In this document: piece after piece, positions 29,010 to 38,978 of the stretch | How the letters are laid out: each line of letters begins with the position of its first letter | How positions within the stretch are numbered: position 1 is the first letter of the stretch | Source: a virus | Strand: one strand, 5' to 3' | Length of the DNA: 64,000 bases | IMG/VR virus record: IMGVR_UViG_3300028025_000091 | Coordinates: 1 to 64,000 of that record | Position numbers and translations under genes: made by a program | The notes under the pieces: model-generated | Seen by the model: the letters and a program-made list of their open reading frames with translations, nothing else | Told to the model about the DNA's origin: nothing | Databases searched by the model: none

Positions 29010-29681
29010 ATGGGATATTTAAATAACCAAGTCGTTACAGTCGACGCAATTTTAACAAACAAAGGTAGAGAGCTTTTAGCAAAAAATGATGGTTCATTCC
29101 GAATCACACAATTTGCTTTAGCAGATGATGAAATTGATTATACACTTTATAATCCAACACATCCATCCGGATCTTCATTTTATGGTGAAGCTATTCAAAA
29201 CATGCCTTTATTGGAAGCGTTTCCAATTGAAACACAAATCATGAAATATAAATTAGCTACCCTACCTCGTGGAACAGCTAAATTACCTGTACTTGATTTA
29301 GGATATACTGGAATTACATTACAACAAGGAGCCGCATTAACTATTACTCCTCAAACATTAAACTACTTAGGAAACAACCAAACATATGAAACTACTGGAT
29401 ACTCAGCTACCATTTCAGATGTTCGTCTATTTAGTACATTTACTGGAGTAGGAATTAATACAACGGCAGCAACCGCAGCTAATGCGTCTGTAACATCAAC
29501 AACAACATTAGGAACAAATGTTTCTACAACAGTAATTGGATCTCAAATTAACTTAAGAGCGACTACAGTAAATACATTATTTGGAACTAATACTCAATTA
29601 TCTGCTACATTAACTATTGTAGGTTTAGATAGTGGAGCTCGTTTAACAATTCCTGTTACAATTAATAAAACAAACGTTTAA
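29010..29681 (+). CDS. Virion structural protein (baseplate/tail)
   Basis: DAILTNKGRELLA...ITQFALADDEIDY motif; late promoter. Confidence 0.7.
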   Translation: MGYLNNQVVTVDAILTNKGRELLAKNDGSFRITQFALADDEIDYTLYNPTHPSGSSFYGEAIQNMPLLEAFPIETQIMKYKLATLPRGTAKLPVLDLGYTGITLQQGAALTITPQTLNYLGNNQTYETTGYSATISDVRLFSTFTGVGINTTAATAANASVTSTTTLGTNVSTTVIGSQINLRATTVNTLFGTNTQLSATLTIVGLDSGARLTIPVTINKTNV

Positions 29682-29691
29682 AATATAAACA

Positions 29692-30699
29692 ATGGCATTT
29701 AAAAGATTCGATCCTGAAGATTTTGTAGTAAGTAGTGATTCAATCACTTCTACACTTTGGTCAACTGGAGTCCCAACATTAACAACATTCTTTACCTCCT
29801 CAATCCAATCAGTTGGATCATCTGGAAATTATTATTTAAGTATTTATCAAACGGCTTCTAATTTATCTACAGCTGCTGTTCAATTTGATATTGCTTATGC
29901 TGATTTATTAGGAAGTGGAAGTACATTATATAATTCAATTGTTCCACAAAATTCATATACTAAAACAATTTACGGTCAATATCGTTCATTAATTTTAGAA
30001 GATGAAAATGCTAACTTTGTATTTGGAACAGGTAATAATGTTTTAACAGGATCTAATTTCTGGGTATTATCTATTGAAAGAGCAAATTATAAACAATCAT
30101 TATTCCCAGGATCATTAAATTTACAAATTTTAGGCCCAGGTGGAACTATTAATTTAACAGATAATTCTTTAGACAACCCAGTCAATACATTTATTGGAAC
30201 ATCTCGTGTTTACCAATTAGTTTCAGGATCAAATGGATCAGGAATATCTGGAGGAGGATATGTTAATAATTCAGGTTCATATGGTTTAGTATTCCCAGAT
30301 TTAGGAACTATTTTATTAAATCCATCCGCACTTTCTCAATCAATCCAACTTGAACCAAGTAGATCAAACAATTCAGATGGTTTAAATAATCAACGTTTAT
30401 TTAATGCGATTAGTGGAGCAGCTTCATTTGCCTTAAATTCTCAAGAAACAGTTACTTCTGATTATGTATTTGTTAGAGCTCGTAACAGTGAATTTAACTA
30501 TTCAGAAAACCCATCATTTATTTCAGGATCAACAGGTGAAGTAATTTATAGCAGTTTTATAAACTCACCACAAGTATATATTACAACAGTAGGAATGTAT
30601 AATGATAGTAATGATTTATTAGCAGTAGCTAAAATGTCACGCCCATTATTAAAAGATTTTACAAAAGAAGCTCTTGTACGAGTAAAACTTGATTTCTAA
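29692..30699 (+). CDS. Virion structural protein
   Basis: C-terminal EFNYSENP...YITTVGMY.....LLAVAKMSRP, paralogous to the next gene. Confidence 0.7.
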   Translation: MAFKRFDPEDFVVSSDSITSTLWSTGVPTLTTFFTSSIQSVGSSGNYYLSIYQTASNLSTAAVQFDIAYADLLGSGSTLYNSIVPQNSYTKTIYGQYRSLILEDENANFVFGTGNNVLTGSNFWVLSIERANYKQSLFPGSLNLQILGPGGTINLTDNSLDNPVNTFIGTSRVYQLVSGSNGSGISGGGYVNNSGSYGLVFPDLGTILLNPSALSQSIQLEPSRSNNSDGLNNQRLFNAISGAASFALNSQETVTSDYVFVRARNSEFNYSENPSFISGSTGEVIYSSFINSPQVYITTVGMYNDSNDLLAVAKMSRPLLKDFTKEALVRVKLDF

Positions 30700-30705
30700 G
30701 AATGA

Positions 30706-31659
30706 ATGAGTGTATTCAAACCATTTATAACTTCTGACGTTATCGTCTCCCCCTTTGAGGTAAACAAATCGTTTACCTTCAAAGGTAATGAACTTACTGG
30801 CTCAAATGTAGAAATTGATAGATATATTGGACGTAATGTTACTTCATCTTTATGGGTTTCCGGTTCATATCCAACAGGACAAATAAATACCCAAGATCAA
30901 ATTTTAGTATATCGCTCTATAAAAGAACTTTATTATTCAAATTATCTTAAATCTCCTAATGGATCCCCAGTAGGAACAGCATCATTTAATGTTGATGGAA
31001 CAATAACCGGTCCTCTTTATACTCCAAATTACTATAATTATCTTTCTACTACTTTACAAGTTAATAGATATTTCCCCACAGGATCAGATGAAACAATAGG
31101 AGTAATTTCCATTCCTTCTAATTTATGGGGAGAATACCTCCAACCAGGATCAGTTATCATATCAAATGGAACCATCACTCTTCAAGATGATGGAAATGGT
31201 AACATGTTATACAACTCACAAAAATATGGTGATGTAATATACGAACATGGAGTTATTATTATTACTAGTGATGGTATAACAGGACAAGGTGGATATGGTG
31301 GTGTATTTTATGGATCTGGTGTGTATGGATTAGGTGTTGCTAATTTAATAAATAGTTTTGCAACAGGATCTAATATAACATGCTCATTTTCCTCATCATA
31401 TACAATATATGAAACTCAATATAAGTGTACTCTTAGAGAAAATGAATTTAACTCCACACAAAATCCTACTGCAGTTTCAGGTAGTTTGAATAGTGGAGTA
31501 TTATATAATTTTGCAACTGGTTCATATTTTACTCCTTATGTAACTATGGTAGGTTTATATGATAACGCCTATAATTTATTAGCTATAGCTAAACTTGCTC
31601 AACCGTTACCAACATCCGCAGTTACTGATACTAGCATATTAGTTAATTTAGATTTATAA
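30706..31659 (+). CDS. Virion structural protein, paralogue of 29692..30699
   Basis: EFNSTQNP...YVTMVGLY.....LLAIAKLAQP. Confidence 0.7.
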   Translation: MSVFKPFITSDVIVSPFEVNKSFTFKGNELTGSNVEIDRYIGRNVTSSLWVSGSYPTGQINTQDQILVYRSIKELYYSNYLKSPNGSPVGTASFNVDGTITGPLYTPNYYNYLSTTLQVNRYFPTGSDETIGVISIPSNLWGEYLQPGSVIISNGTITLQDDGNGNMLYNSQKYGDVIYEHGVIIITSDGITGQGGYGGVFYGSGVYGLGVANLINSFATGSNITCSFSSSYTIYETQYKCTLRENEFNSTQNPTAVSGSLNSGVLYNFATGSYFTPYVTMVGLYDNAYNLLAIAKLAQPLPTSAVTDTSILVNLDL

Positions 31660-31682
31660 TATATTTATAATAAAAACAAATA

Positions 31683-33236
31683 ATGGCTAAAATATTAGAA
31701 AATATATTTACTCCGAATGTAGATGAAATTGCCCAAAATTATACTATCGAATCATGGCATGTTTCTCAATCTGTAGATGCTCTTACTGGAATAGATGCCT
31801 ATGATATTACTATTTCAGGTTCATTAGTAGTAACTGGATCTGTTGCTATAAATGGATTAAGTGATATAACTCAAAATAATGTAGTAACAATTGATGCTTC
31901 TACAGGACAATTATATTATACAGCATCTTCAAATTTTAACGTAAATAATTTTTATACTAGTAGTGTTACCCAAAGTATTACATCTAGTGTAGTAAATAAT
32001 GTTGTTAATAACAGCACAGTCAACCAAACTATTATCAGTAGTAGTGTAAATAATGTTGCTCCATCTAATCAATATATCCAATATAACAGTGCTAGTGCTT
32101 TTGGAGCGAGTGCTAATTTTCAATATGTTTATCCAAACGAAAGTTTTCAACAAGGATTAAGTGTTATAGCATCTGGTAATTATTCTCATGCCCAAGGAAA
32201 AGGTACGATTGCTTCTGGAAATAATTCTCATGCTGAAGGAGAATCTACATTATCTATTGGTATTAGTTCTCATGCTGAAGGATATTTTACTTCTGCATCT
32301 GCTGGTTATTCACATGCTGAAGGAAATACAACTAGAGCAACTGCCCCATATGCACATTCCGAAGGAAATTTAACCTTAGCAAGTGCTACAGCATCTCATG
32401 CTGAAGGAAGTGCTACTACATCTAGTGGTATTTTTTCACATGCTGAGGGTGTAGGTACTGTATCTCTAGATGTAGGAGCCCACTCAGAAGGATCTTCTAC
32501 AATGGCTCGTTCCCCATATTCCCATGCTGAAGGATATTTAACTACATCATCCGGTCAATTTTCTCATACTGAAGGAGGATCAACAAGAACAACAGCAACT
32601 TACGCTCATGCTGAAGGACAAAATACTCTAGCATCCAACCAATCTTCTCATGCTGAAGGATATTTTGTTACAGCATCGGGTATATATTCACATGCTGAAG
32701 GTGAATCCACCAGAGCTATAGCCCAATCATCACATGCTGAAGGCTCAACCAATCTAGCCTCAGGACAAGGATCACATGTTGAAGGTATATTTAATACATC
32801 TTCTGGAAATTATTCCCATGCAGAAGGAGGTGGATCAAAAGCATTAGGACTTTATTCACATGCTGAAGGATCTTCTAATACTGCTTTTGGAATTGGAGCC
32901 CATGCTGAAGGATTTAATACTTACGCCCTTGGAAATCAGTCCCATACTGAAGGACAATATACTATAGCTTCAGGTTCTTATCAACATGTACAAGGACAAT
33001 ACAATACTCAAGGAGATTCAACATCTTTATTAATTGTAGGAAATGGAACATCTACTGTAGCTCGTAAAGATGCATTTAAAGTAAGAATGTCTGGTTCTAT
33101 TGTTTTACCTACAACTCAATCAACTGCTCCATCTTGGACAGGTACAGATGGAGAAATTGTTCCCGCAACCGTAGGAGGTGTTCATCGACTTTATATGTGG
33201 ATGTCTGGAGCATGGAGATCATCTACATTCTCTTAA
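31683..33236 (+). CDS. Tail fibre/adhesin with YadA-head-like 14-aa SHAEG repeats
   Basis: About 20 tandem (S/A)H(A/S/T/V)(E/Q)G repeats with a 14-aa period. Confidence 0.8.
   Translation: MAKILENIFTPNVDEIAQNYTIESWHVSQSVDALTGIDAYDITISGSLVVTGSVAINGLSDITQNNVVTIDASTGQLYYTASSNFNVNNFYTSSVTQSITSSVVNNVVNNSTVNQTIISSSVNNVAPSNQYIQYNSASAFGASANFQYVYPNESFQQGLSVIASGNYSHAQGKGTIASGNNSHAEGESTLSIGISSHAEGYFTSASAGYSHAEGNTTRATAPYAHSEGNLTLASATASHAEGSATTSSGIFSHAEGVGTVSLDVGAHSEGSSTMARSPYSHAEGYLTTSSGQFSHTEGGSTRTTATYAHAEGQNTLASNQSSHAEGYFVTASGIYSHAEGESTRAIAQSSHAEGSTNLASGQGSHVEGIFNTSSGNYSHAEGGGSKALGLYSHAEGSSNTAFGIGAHAEGFNTYALGNQSHTEGQYTIASGSYQHVQGQYNTQGDSTSLLIVGNGTSTVARKDAFKVRMSGSIVLPTTQSTAPSWTGTDGEIVPATVGGVHRLYMWMSGAWRSSTFS
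32184..32996 (+). repeat. 42-bp-period coding tandem repeat (core CATGCTGAAGG)
   Basis: Encodes the SHAEG repeats. Confidence 0.85.
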
Positions 33237-33246
33237 AATTTAATTT

Positions 33247-33705
33247 ATGAAAAATTGGTTATATGAAAACAGGGAAATCCAAGAAATAACAGATTTCCCT
33301 GAAGACACATTTGGTTTTATTTATATTACTACTCACATCCCAACAGGTAATTCATATCTAGGAAAAAAATCGTTATACCATAACGTTAAGAAAAAACTAG
33401 GTAAAAAAGAATTAGCTGAACAACCTGTAACTAGAGGTAGAAAATCCACCACAAAACAAATTACGAAAGAATCTGATTGGAAAACCTATTTTGGTTCAGC
33501 TAAACCTATCCTTGAATTAATAAAACAAGGTAAACAAGACGAATTCAAACGTAAAATTCTACATTTTGTAGCCAATAAAAAACTACTTACATATTACGAA
33601 TGTAAATATCTATTTCAATTAGGCGTTTTAGAAAAACCTAATGAATGGATAAACGATAATATTTTAGGTAAGTTTTTCCGAAAAGACTTTGTTTCCCAAG
33701 ACTAG
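33247..33705 (+). CDS. GIY-YIG-like nuclease domain protein
   Basis: GFIYITT....YLGKK...W..YFGS...F.RKIL. Confidence 0.7.
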   Translation: MKNWLYENREIQEITDFPEDTFGFIYITTHIPTGNSYLGKKSLYHNVKKKLGKKELAEQPVTRGRKSTTKQITKESDWKTYFGSAKPILELIKQGKQDEFKRKILHFVANKKLLTYYECKYLFQLGVLEKPNEWINDNILGKFFRKDFVSQD

Positions 33706-33723
33706 GTTCATATCTTGGCATCC

Positions 33724-34653
33724 ATGGTAAATGAACTATTAGTTAATCTAGTCAATGGTGTTTTAGGTACTGGAAAACGTACCGCAAGAGGAAATCAATC
33801 CTATACTTGTCCATTTTGCCATCACCATAAACCAAAACTCGAAGTAAACTTTACTGAAAATACAGAAGGAATTAACCAATGGGCTTGTTGGGCTTGTGGT
33901 AAGAAAGGTAAAACCATAAGAAGTTTATTTAAACAAGTACAAGTTGATGCTAGTTACTTTCAGGAATTAAGTAAGTTAGTTAAAAATGTTTCTCGTGATG
34001 ATATAGGTGAGGTAAAACAATCCATACTTGAACTTCCAAAAGAATATAAATCTTTCTTAAACAATAAAGATATTATTGCAAGACATGCTCTTGCTTATCT
34101 TAAAAAGAGAAACATTACAAAACAAGATATTCTCAAATACAACATAGGCTACTGCAATTCAGGTCAATATGCTAAAATGATAGTTATACCCTCATATGAT
34201 GCTAACGGTAAATTAAATTATTTCACCGCAAGATCATTCGAGAAAGATCCTTACACCAAATACCGCAATCCCGAAACGTCTCGCGATATTATACCGTTTG
34301 AATTGTTTATTAATTGGGATTTACCAATCATATTATGTGAAGGACCATTTGATGCTATTGCTATAAAACGTAATGCTGTACCATTATTTGGTAAAAATAT
34401 TCAAGCTAGTTTGATGAAAAAGCTAGTAGAATCTAAAGTACAAAAAATATATATTGCCCTAGATAATGATGCTGTTAAACAAGCCCTTGGCTTCTGCGAA
34501 CAGCTTTTAGACATTGGAAAGGAAGTCTACTTGGTAGAACTAGAAGGTAAAGATCCTAGTGATATGGGATTTGAAAACTTCACCAAATTAGTACAAACCG
34601 TTTCTCCGTTAACACAATATAAACTGATGGAGAAAAAATTATCTATAATATGA
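33724..34653 (+). CDS. DNA primase (Zn finger plus TOPRIM); start probably 33724
   Basis: CPFC..H...CWAC, EGPFDA, LDND, KDPSD; class II promoter at 33688. Confidence 0.9.
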   Translation: MVNELLVNLVNGVLGTGKRTARGNQSYTCPFCHHHKPKLEVNFTENTEGINQWACWACGKKGKTIRSLFKQVQVDASYFQELSKLVKNVSRDDIGEVKQSILELPKEYKSFLNNKDIIARHALAYLKKRNITKQDILKYNIGYCNSGQYAKMIVIPSYDANGKLNYFTARSFEKDPYTKYRNPETSRDIIPFELFINWDLPIILCEGPFDAIAIKRNAVPLFGKNIQASLMKKLVESKVQKIYIALDNDAVKQALGFCEQLLDIGKEVYLVELEGKDPSDMGFENFTKLVQTVSPLTQYKLMEKKLSII

Positions 34654-35423
34654 AAAAACGTAATATTAAACACGTTAATAATCGCATTCTTGAGATTTCA
34701 GATGATGCAAAACAAATTACATTACCCGATTCTAGATACTACAGACGAAATGGAGAATATTATCCTTCAATTACACACGTTTTAAGTTGTTATCCAAAAG
34801 GTAAACACTTTGAAGAATGGTTAAAAAACATGGGTCGTTCAGCTGATTACATTGTTAGAAAAGCTGGTGAAGATGGAACTAAAGTACATGAAATGATTGA
34901 GGAATATTTAGAAGGTAAAGAAATGAACTTTTTAAATGCATCTGGATACCCACAATATGATCCATCTATTTGGCAAATGTTCTTACGTTTTGTTGATTTT
35001 TGGGAAACTCATCAACCTGAATTGATTGATCAAGAAATCCACTTATTCTCAGATGAACTTAGAGTAGCAGGTACAACAGATTTAGTTTGTAGAATTGATA
35101 ATTCTTTATGGATTATTGATCATAAAACCTCAAACCATATCCAAACTACTTATGAATTACAAGCAGCAGTTTATGCTCATTGTTATGAAGAATGTTTTGG
35201 TGTTAAACCTGATAAAACTGGTATTTTATGGTTAAAATCAAACAAACGTAAAGCGTCTAAAGATAAAATGCAAGGTAAAGGATGGGAAATGATTTTACCA
35301 TCTCGCACACAAGAAGAAAATATTGAAATCTTTAAAACAGTAAAACGTCTATTTGATTTAGAAAATCCAAATGAAGCACCTATATTTACTGAATTTAAAA
35401 CGAGCGTTAAGAAAGAGGCGTAA
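34650..35423 (+). CDS. PD-(D/E)xK exonuclease (RecB/Cas4-like)
   Basis: YPSITHVL, GTKVH, AGTTD, IIDHKTS, QAAVY. Confidence 0.85.
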   Translation: MKKRNIKHVNNRILEISDDAKQITLPDSRYYRRNGEYYPSITHVLSCYPKGKHFEEWLKNMGRSADYIVRKAGEDGTKVHEMIEEYLEGKEMNFLNASGYPQYDPSIWQMFLRFVDFWETHQPELIDQEIHLFSDELRVAGTTDLVCRIDNSLWIIDHKTSNHIQTTYELQAAVYAHCYEECFGVKPDKTGILWLKSNKRKASKDKMQGKGWEMILPSRTQEENIEIFKTVKRLFDLENPNEAPIFTEFKTSVKKEA

Positions 35424-35434
35424 TATGTATAATT

Positions 35435-36190
35435 ATGATAAGTCTAGTTCAATTATTGAAGGAAGTAAAAGGTACTCCTAAAGCTATATTTTTAGCTGGT
35501 CCTGCGGGAAGTGGAAAATCCTATATATCTTCTAAACTTATCCCCAATACATTTACAGTTATCAATTCAGATGACACTTACGAAGAGTTATTAAAAGCAA
35601 GTGGAATTGGTTTAAAACAAAAAGATTTTACACCTGACCAATTATCTCAAGCTTCTAAATTACAAGCACAAGCTAGAAAAGTTACTCAAGACAAACTAGC
35701 TAAATCAGTAGAAGATAAAAATAATATTGTTATTGATGGAACTGGTGCTGCATCTGGACCTGTATTAAAGAAAAAACAACAACTAGAAGATTTAGGGTAT
35801 GAAACATTGATGTTAATGATCTATGTTTCTCCCTTAACTTCACTTGAACGTAATCAAGAACGTGATAGAAGTTTGATGCCTGGAATTGTATTACGTACTT
35901 GGAGAGATGTAAATAAAAATATTGAAACGTATAAACAAGCGTTTGGTAATAATTTTATCTTATTAAACAACAATCCAAAAGACGCTAAACAAGAGTTTAA
36001 CACTGATTTGCTTGAACCATATATTCAAGCATCTACAGCTGTAGGTAAACCTAAAACACCTGAAGAACAAGCAAAATCAGATGCTGAAAAAGCTCAATTG
36101 AATAAAGATATTGAATCTATGGTTAATCAATTACCTAAATTTGATACTCTAGATACAGCTAAAAATAAAATAAATGAATTCGTTAGTTAA
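35435..36190 (+). CDS. P-loop kinase (Zeta-toxin/Pnk-like)
   Basis: AGPAGSGKS, INSDD, IDGTG, SLERNQER lid. Confidence 0.8.
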   Translation: MISLVQLLKEVKGTPKAIFLAGPAGSGKSYISSKLIPNTFTVINSDDTYEELLKASGIGLKQKDFTPDQLSQASKLQAQARKVTQDKLAKSVEDKNNIVIDGTGAASGPVLKKKQQLEDLGYETLMLMIYVSPLTSLERNQERDRSLMPGIVLRTWRDVNKNIETYKQAFGNNFILLNNNPKDAKQEFNTDLLEPYIQASTAVGKPKTPEEQAKSDAEKAQLNKDIESMVNQLPKFDTLDTAKNKINEFVS

Positions 36191-37871
36191 AGCGCTTATA
36201 CAACCTCTATTAGAAGCAATGCAGAATGGTATTGCTTTAGTACCTGGTGGTTTTAAACCGCCTACAATTGGTCATTTTGCATTGGTAGATGAAGTAGCAA
36301 AATACCCTGGAGTAGATAAAGTGATTGTTCTTATAGGACATAAAACACGTGATGGGGTAACTAAAGAAGAAAGTAAAGCGATATGGGATATTTACAAAAA
36401 ATATCTTCCTTCAAACGTTGAAATACAAATAGCAGATAATGCATCCCCAATTTCAGACGTTGGATCACTAATCAAAAATAATCCGGACACAATGTACTAT
36501 CCTGTAGTAGGGATTAGAGGTGAAATGGATTTAGGTGATTTGAAACGTTTTGATAGCATGAAAGGAAAGTATGAAAATTTTAAACCTATCGTTATTAAAT
36601 CAGAAGAAAGTGAAGACCGTATTAGTGGTACAAACACACGTGCTGCCTTAATTGGTGGGGAAAAAGAAAGATTCCAAACATACCTCCCAACTGAACTCTC
36701 AGATAAAGAAAAAGATGAAGTTTGGAATATATTACAAAAATCCCCTATTGAAGAAATGTATGCTGAACCAAGCAAGTTTAGCTACCCTCCAATGATTAAA
36801 TCACTTACAGAATATATGTTAGATAAAGGTATGAATATTCGTCCTTTACCTAAAGTAAAATTTGTAGATGATGATGCTGAAAACGCTCAAAATTTCTTTG
36901 GTAAAACAGCGTATTATGACCCAAATGAACGCGTTATAGTACTTTACACATATGGACGCCATCCAAAAGATGTTATGCGTTCATACGCGCACGAAATGGT
37001 TCATCATATGCAAAACTGTGATAATCGTTTACAAAATATTTCAACCCAAAATACAAACGAAGAAGGTGATTTACCTGAAATCGAAAGAGAAGCATACGAA
37101 AAAGGAAATATGACTTTCCGTAATTGGACAGATACACTAACTGAAGGTGTATTTGGAGACAGAATAGTATGTGATAATTGTGATTGGAGTTGGAAAATAA
37201 AAGATGGTGGAGATGATTTATACATTTGTCATAAATGTGGGCATGATAATACTCCAACCCCATTAAATGAAGGCCGTTACGATAAAATTACAAATGTTAT
37301 TTCCTCTAAAATCTTTAACCAATGGAGAGAAGATTTTAACAATGGTGCTAAAGCATCTCGTTTAGAACAATTTTTCCCATTTGAAGGTGAAGATATAGAC
37401 ATAGACGCTAATATATCCTTCATTCCAGGAATAGGAGTACTTAGAGTAGATGGAGGTGCTGATGATCAAACAAATTATATTGAAGTAAGATTTGAAATAG
37501 ACCCCGAAAAGCTTCCTGAATTCTGGGAAGAAATTTCAATGAATTTAAAAGATGTTATTCGCCATGAAATAGAACATTTAACTCACGGTGAAGGTGGCTT
37601 ATCTAACCCAGCTAAATATATGGAAGATGATACACTTATTCGTAAAATAATTGATGCTAAATTGTTATCACCTGCTCAATATTTTAAATTAGAAAAAGAA
37701 ATAGATGCTAACCTACAAGGAATGTATCTACGTGCTAAAAAAGAAAAACGTGAATTTAAAGATGTTATAGACACTTATTTGGATGCTCAAGATATAACAC
37801 CTGAAGAAAAAGAAGAAATACTAGATCTTTGGAGAAGCAGATTACCTGCATTAAATTTGCCCAAATTTTAA
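36174..37871 (+). CDS. Multidomain protein: HxGH-type nucleotidyltransferase, HExxH domain, Zn ribbon, second HExxH domain
   Basis: PGGFKPPTIGH and ISGTNTR; AHEMVH; CDNC...CHKC; RHEIEH. Confidence 0.8.
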   Translation: MNSLVKALIQPLLEAMQNGIALVPGGFKPPTIGHFALVDEVAKYPGVDKVIVLIGHKTRDGVTKEESKAIWDIYKKYLPSNVEIQIADNASPISDVGSLIKNNPDTMYYPVVGIRGEMDLGDLKRFDSMKGKYENFKPIVIKSEESEDRISGTNTRAALIGGEKERFQTYLPTELSDKEKDEVWNILQKSPIEEMYAEPSKFSYPPMIKSLTEYMLDKGMNIRPLPKVKFVDDDAENAQNFFGKTAYYDPNERVIVLYTYGRHPKDVMRSYAHEMVHHMQNCDNRLQNISTQNTNEEGDLPEIEREAYEKGNMTFRNWTDTLTEGVFGDRIVCDNCDWSWKIKDGGDDLYICHKCGHDNTPTPLNEGRYDKITNVISSKIFNQWREDFNNGAKASRLEQFFPFEGEDIDIDANISFIPGIGVLRVDGGADDQTNYIEVRFEIDPEKLPEFWEEISMNLKDVIRHEIEHLTHGEGGLSNPAKYMEDDTLIRKIIDAKLLSPAQYFKLEKEIDANLQGMYLRAKKEKREFKDVIDTYLDAQDITPEEKEEILDLWRSRLPALNLPKF

Positions 37872-37872
37872 T

Positions 37873-38406
37873 ATGAAAAAAACACCTACATTATTAGACT
37901 TATACGAGGCCATTAAACCCAAATATACCATTTTTTGTGATATGGATGGTGTGTTAGTTGACTTTGATAAAGGATATGAAGAATTAACGGGTAAACATAC
38001 TAAACACGTTGATTTACAAGACAAAAACGAATTTTGGAGTTTATTAAATCGTAGTTTAAAAGAAAAAGATTTAACAGAATATGATTATTGGGTAAATCTA
38101 GAATGGATGCCTGATGGACAAACACTTTGGGACTATATTAAAGGATACAACCCATATATATTAACGGCTCCTTCAAGAGATCCTGGTTCTAGACAAGGAA
38201 AAACTGAATGGGTTACTCGTTTAGATGGTATGAAAAAATTATATTTTAAACCGGCTTATGCTAAAGCAGAATATGCTGGTAAAAATCGTATACTTATAGA
38301 CGATAGACAAGACACCATTGATAAATGGAATGCTAATGGAGGTATAGGAATTTTTCACACCTCAGCAGCAAACACAATTAAACAACTTCAAAAATTAGGA
38401 CTATAA
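37873..38406 (+). CDS. HAD-family 5'(3')-deoxyribonucleotidase-like phosphatase
   Basis: DMDGVLVDF, ILTAP, K..W, LIDDR. Confidence 0.85.
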   Translation: MKKTPTLLDLYEAIKPKYTIFCDMDGVLVDFDKGYEELTGKHTKHVDLQDKNEFWSLLNRSLKEKDLTEYDYWVNLEWMPDGQTLWDYIKGYNPYILTAPSRDPGSRQGKTEWVTRLDGMKKLYFKPAYAKAEYAGKNRILIDDRQDTIDKWNANGGIGIFHTSAANTIKQLQKLGL

Positions 38407-38978
38407 TGTCAGATTCAGTTTTAAAAAAAGAATTCCAAAAAAGAGACGTAGAACGTTTACGCAACCTGGTAGCAGGTAAACATGGTAATCGTACTACTAT
38501 GGGAATTGGTTATAATGGACCCCAAGAAGAGGAACATAAAGAAGGTGATGTTTGGCAACAAGGTGGTAGAACTTGGACTATTAAAGACGGTATTAAAGAA
38601 AATGTTACTAAGTTAGATAAATTTAAAAAAGTAGCAGTTCCATTATTTTGTCCAAATTGTAAACAAGTAATGGATAAACAATTAGATCCATTTTATTATA
38701 AATCTTATGGTGAATGTTTAGACTGTAGAACAGTTACTGAAACAAAATTAAAAGTTTCGGGTGAATGGCAAGATCATATTAATGAAACATTCAATGCTGA
38801 AATTGATCAACAAATAGAAGAATATAAAAGTTACTTTGAAAATATCCTTTCAGAAGGTAATGAAGGATATGTTTCCGAAAATGGTGAAGTACAAAAATGG
38901 GTTGGTGGAATAGATAGAGAACGTGCAGAACACGCTCTAAGTGAAATGATTAAACATTTAAACTCCCTTAAAAAATAA
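38406..38978 (+). CDS. Hypothetical protein with CxxC-CxxC zinc finger
   Basis: CPNC...CLDC. Confidence 0.75.
   Translation: MSDSVLKKEFQKRDVERLRNLVAGKHGNRTTMGIGYNGPQEEEHKEGDVWQQGGRTWTIKDGIKENVTKLDKFKKVAVPLFCPNCKQVMDKQLDPFYYKSYGECLDCRTVTETKLKVSGEWQDHINETFNAEIDQQIEEYKSYFENILSEGNEGYVSENGEVQKWVGGIDRERAEHALSEMIKHLNSLKK

Noticed and set aside
31683-33705. Diversity-generating retroelement or invertible fibre locus
   Set aside because: No reverse transcriptase, template/variable repeat pair or recombinase is visible.
33247-33705. Mobile homing endonuclease
   Set aside because: It is short, has no evident DNA-binding tail and interrupts no gene, so it was kept only as a GIY-YIG-like CDS.
34650-35423. 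Cas4-like nuclease as part of a CRISPR-Cas system
   Set aside because: It lacks the Fe-S cysteine set, sits in an operon with primase and looks like a standard phage exonuclease.
35435-36190. Zeta toxin of an epsilon-zeta toxin-antitoxin pair
   Set aside because: There is no small upstream antitoxin ORF, and the similarity is only at the level of the P-loop kinase fold.
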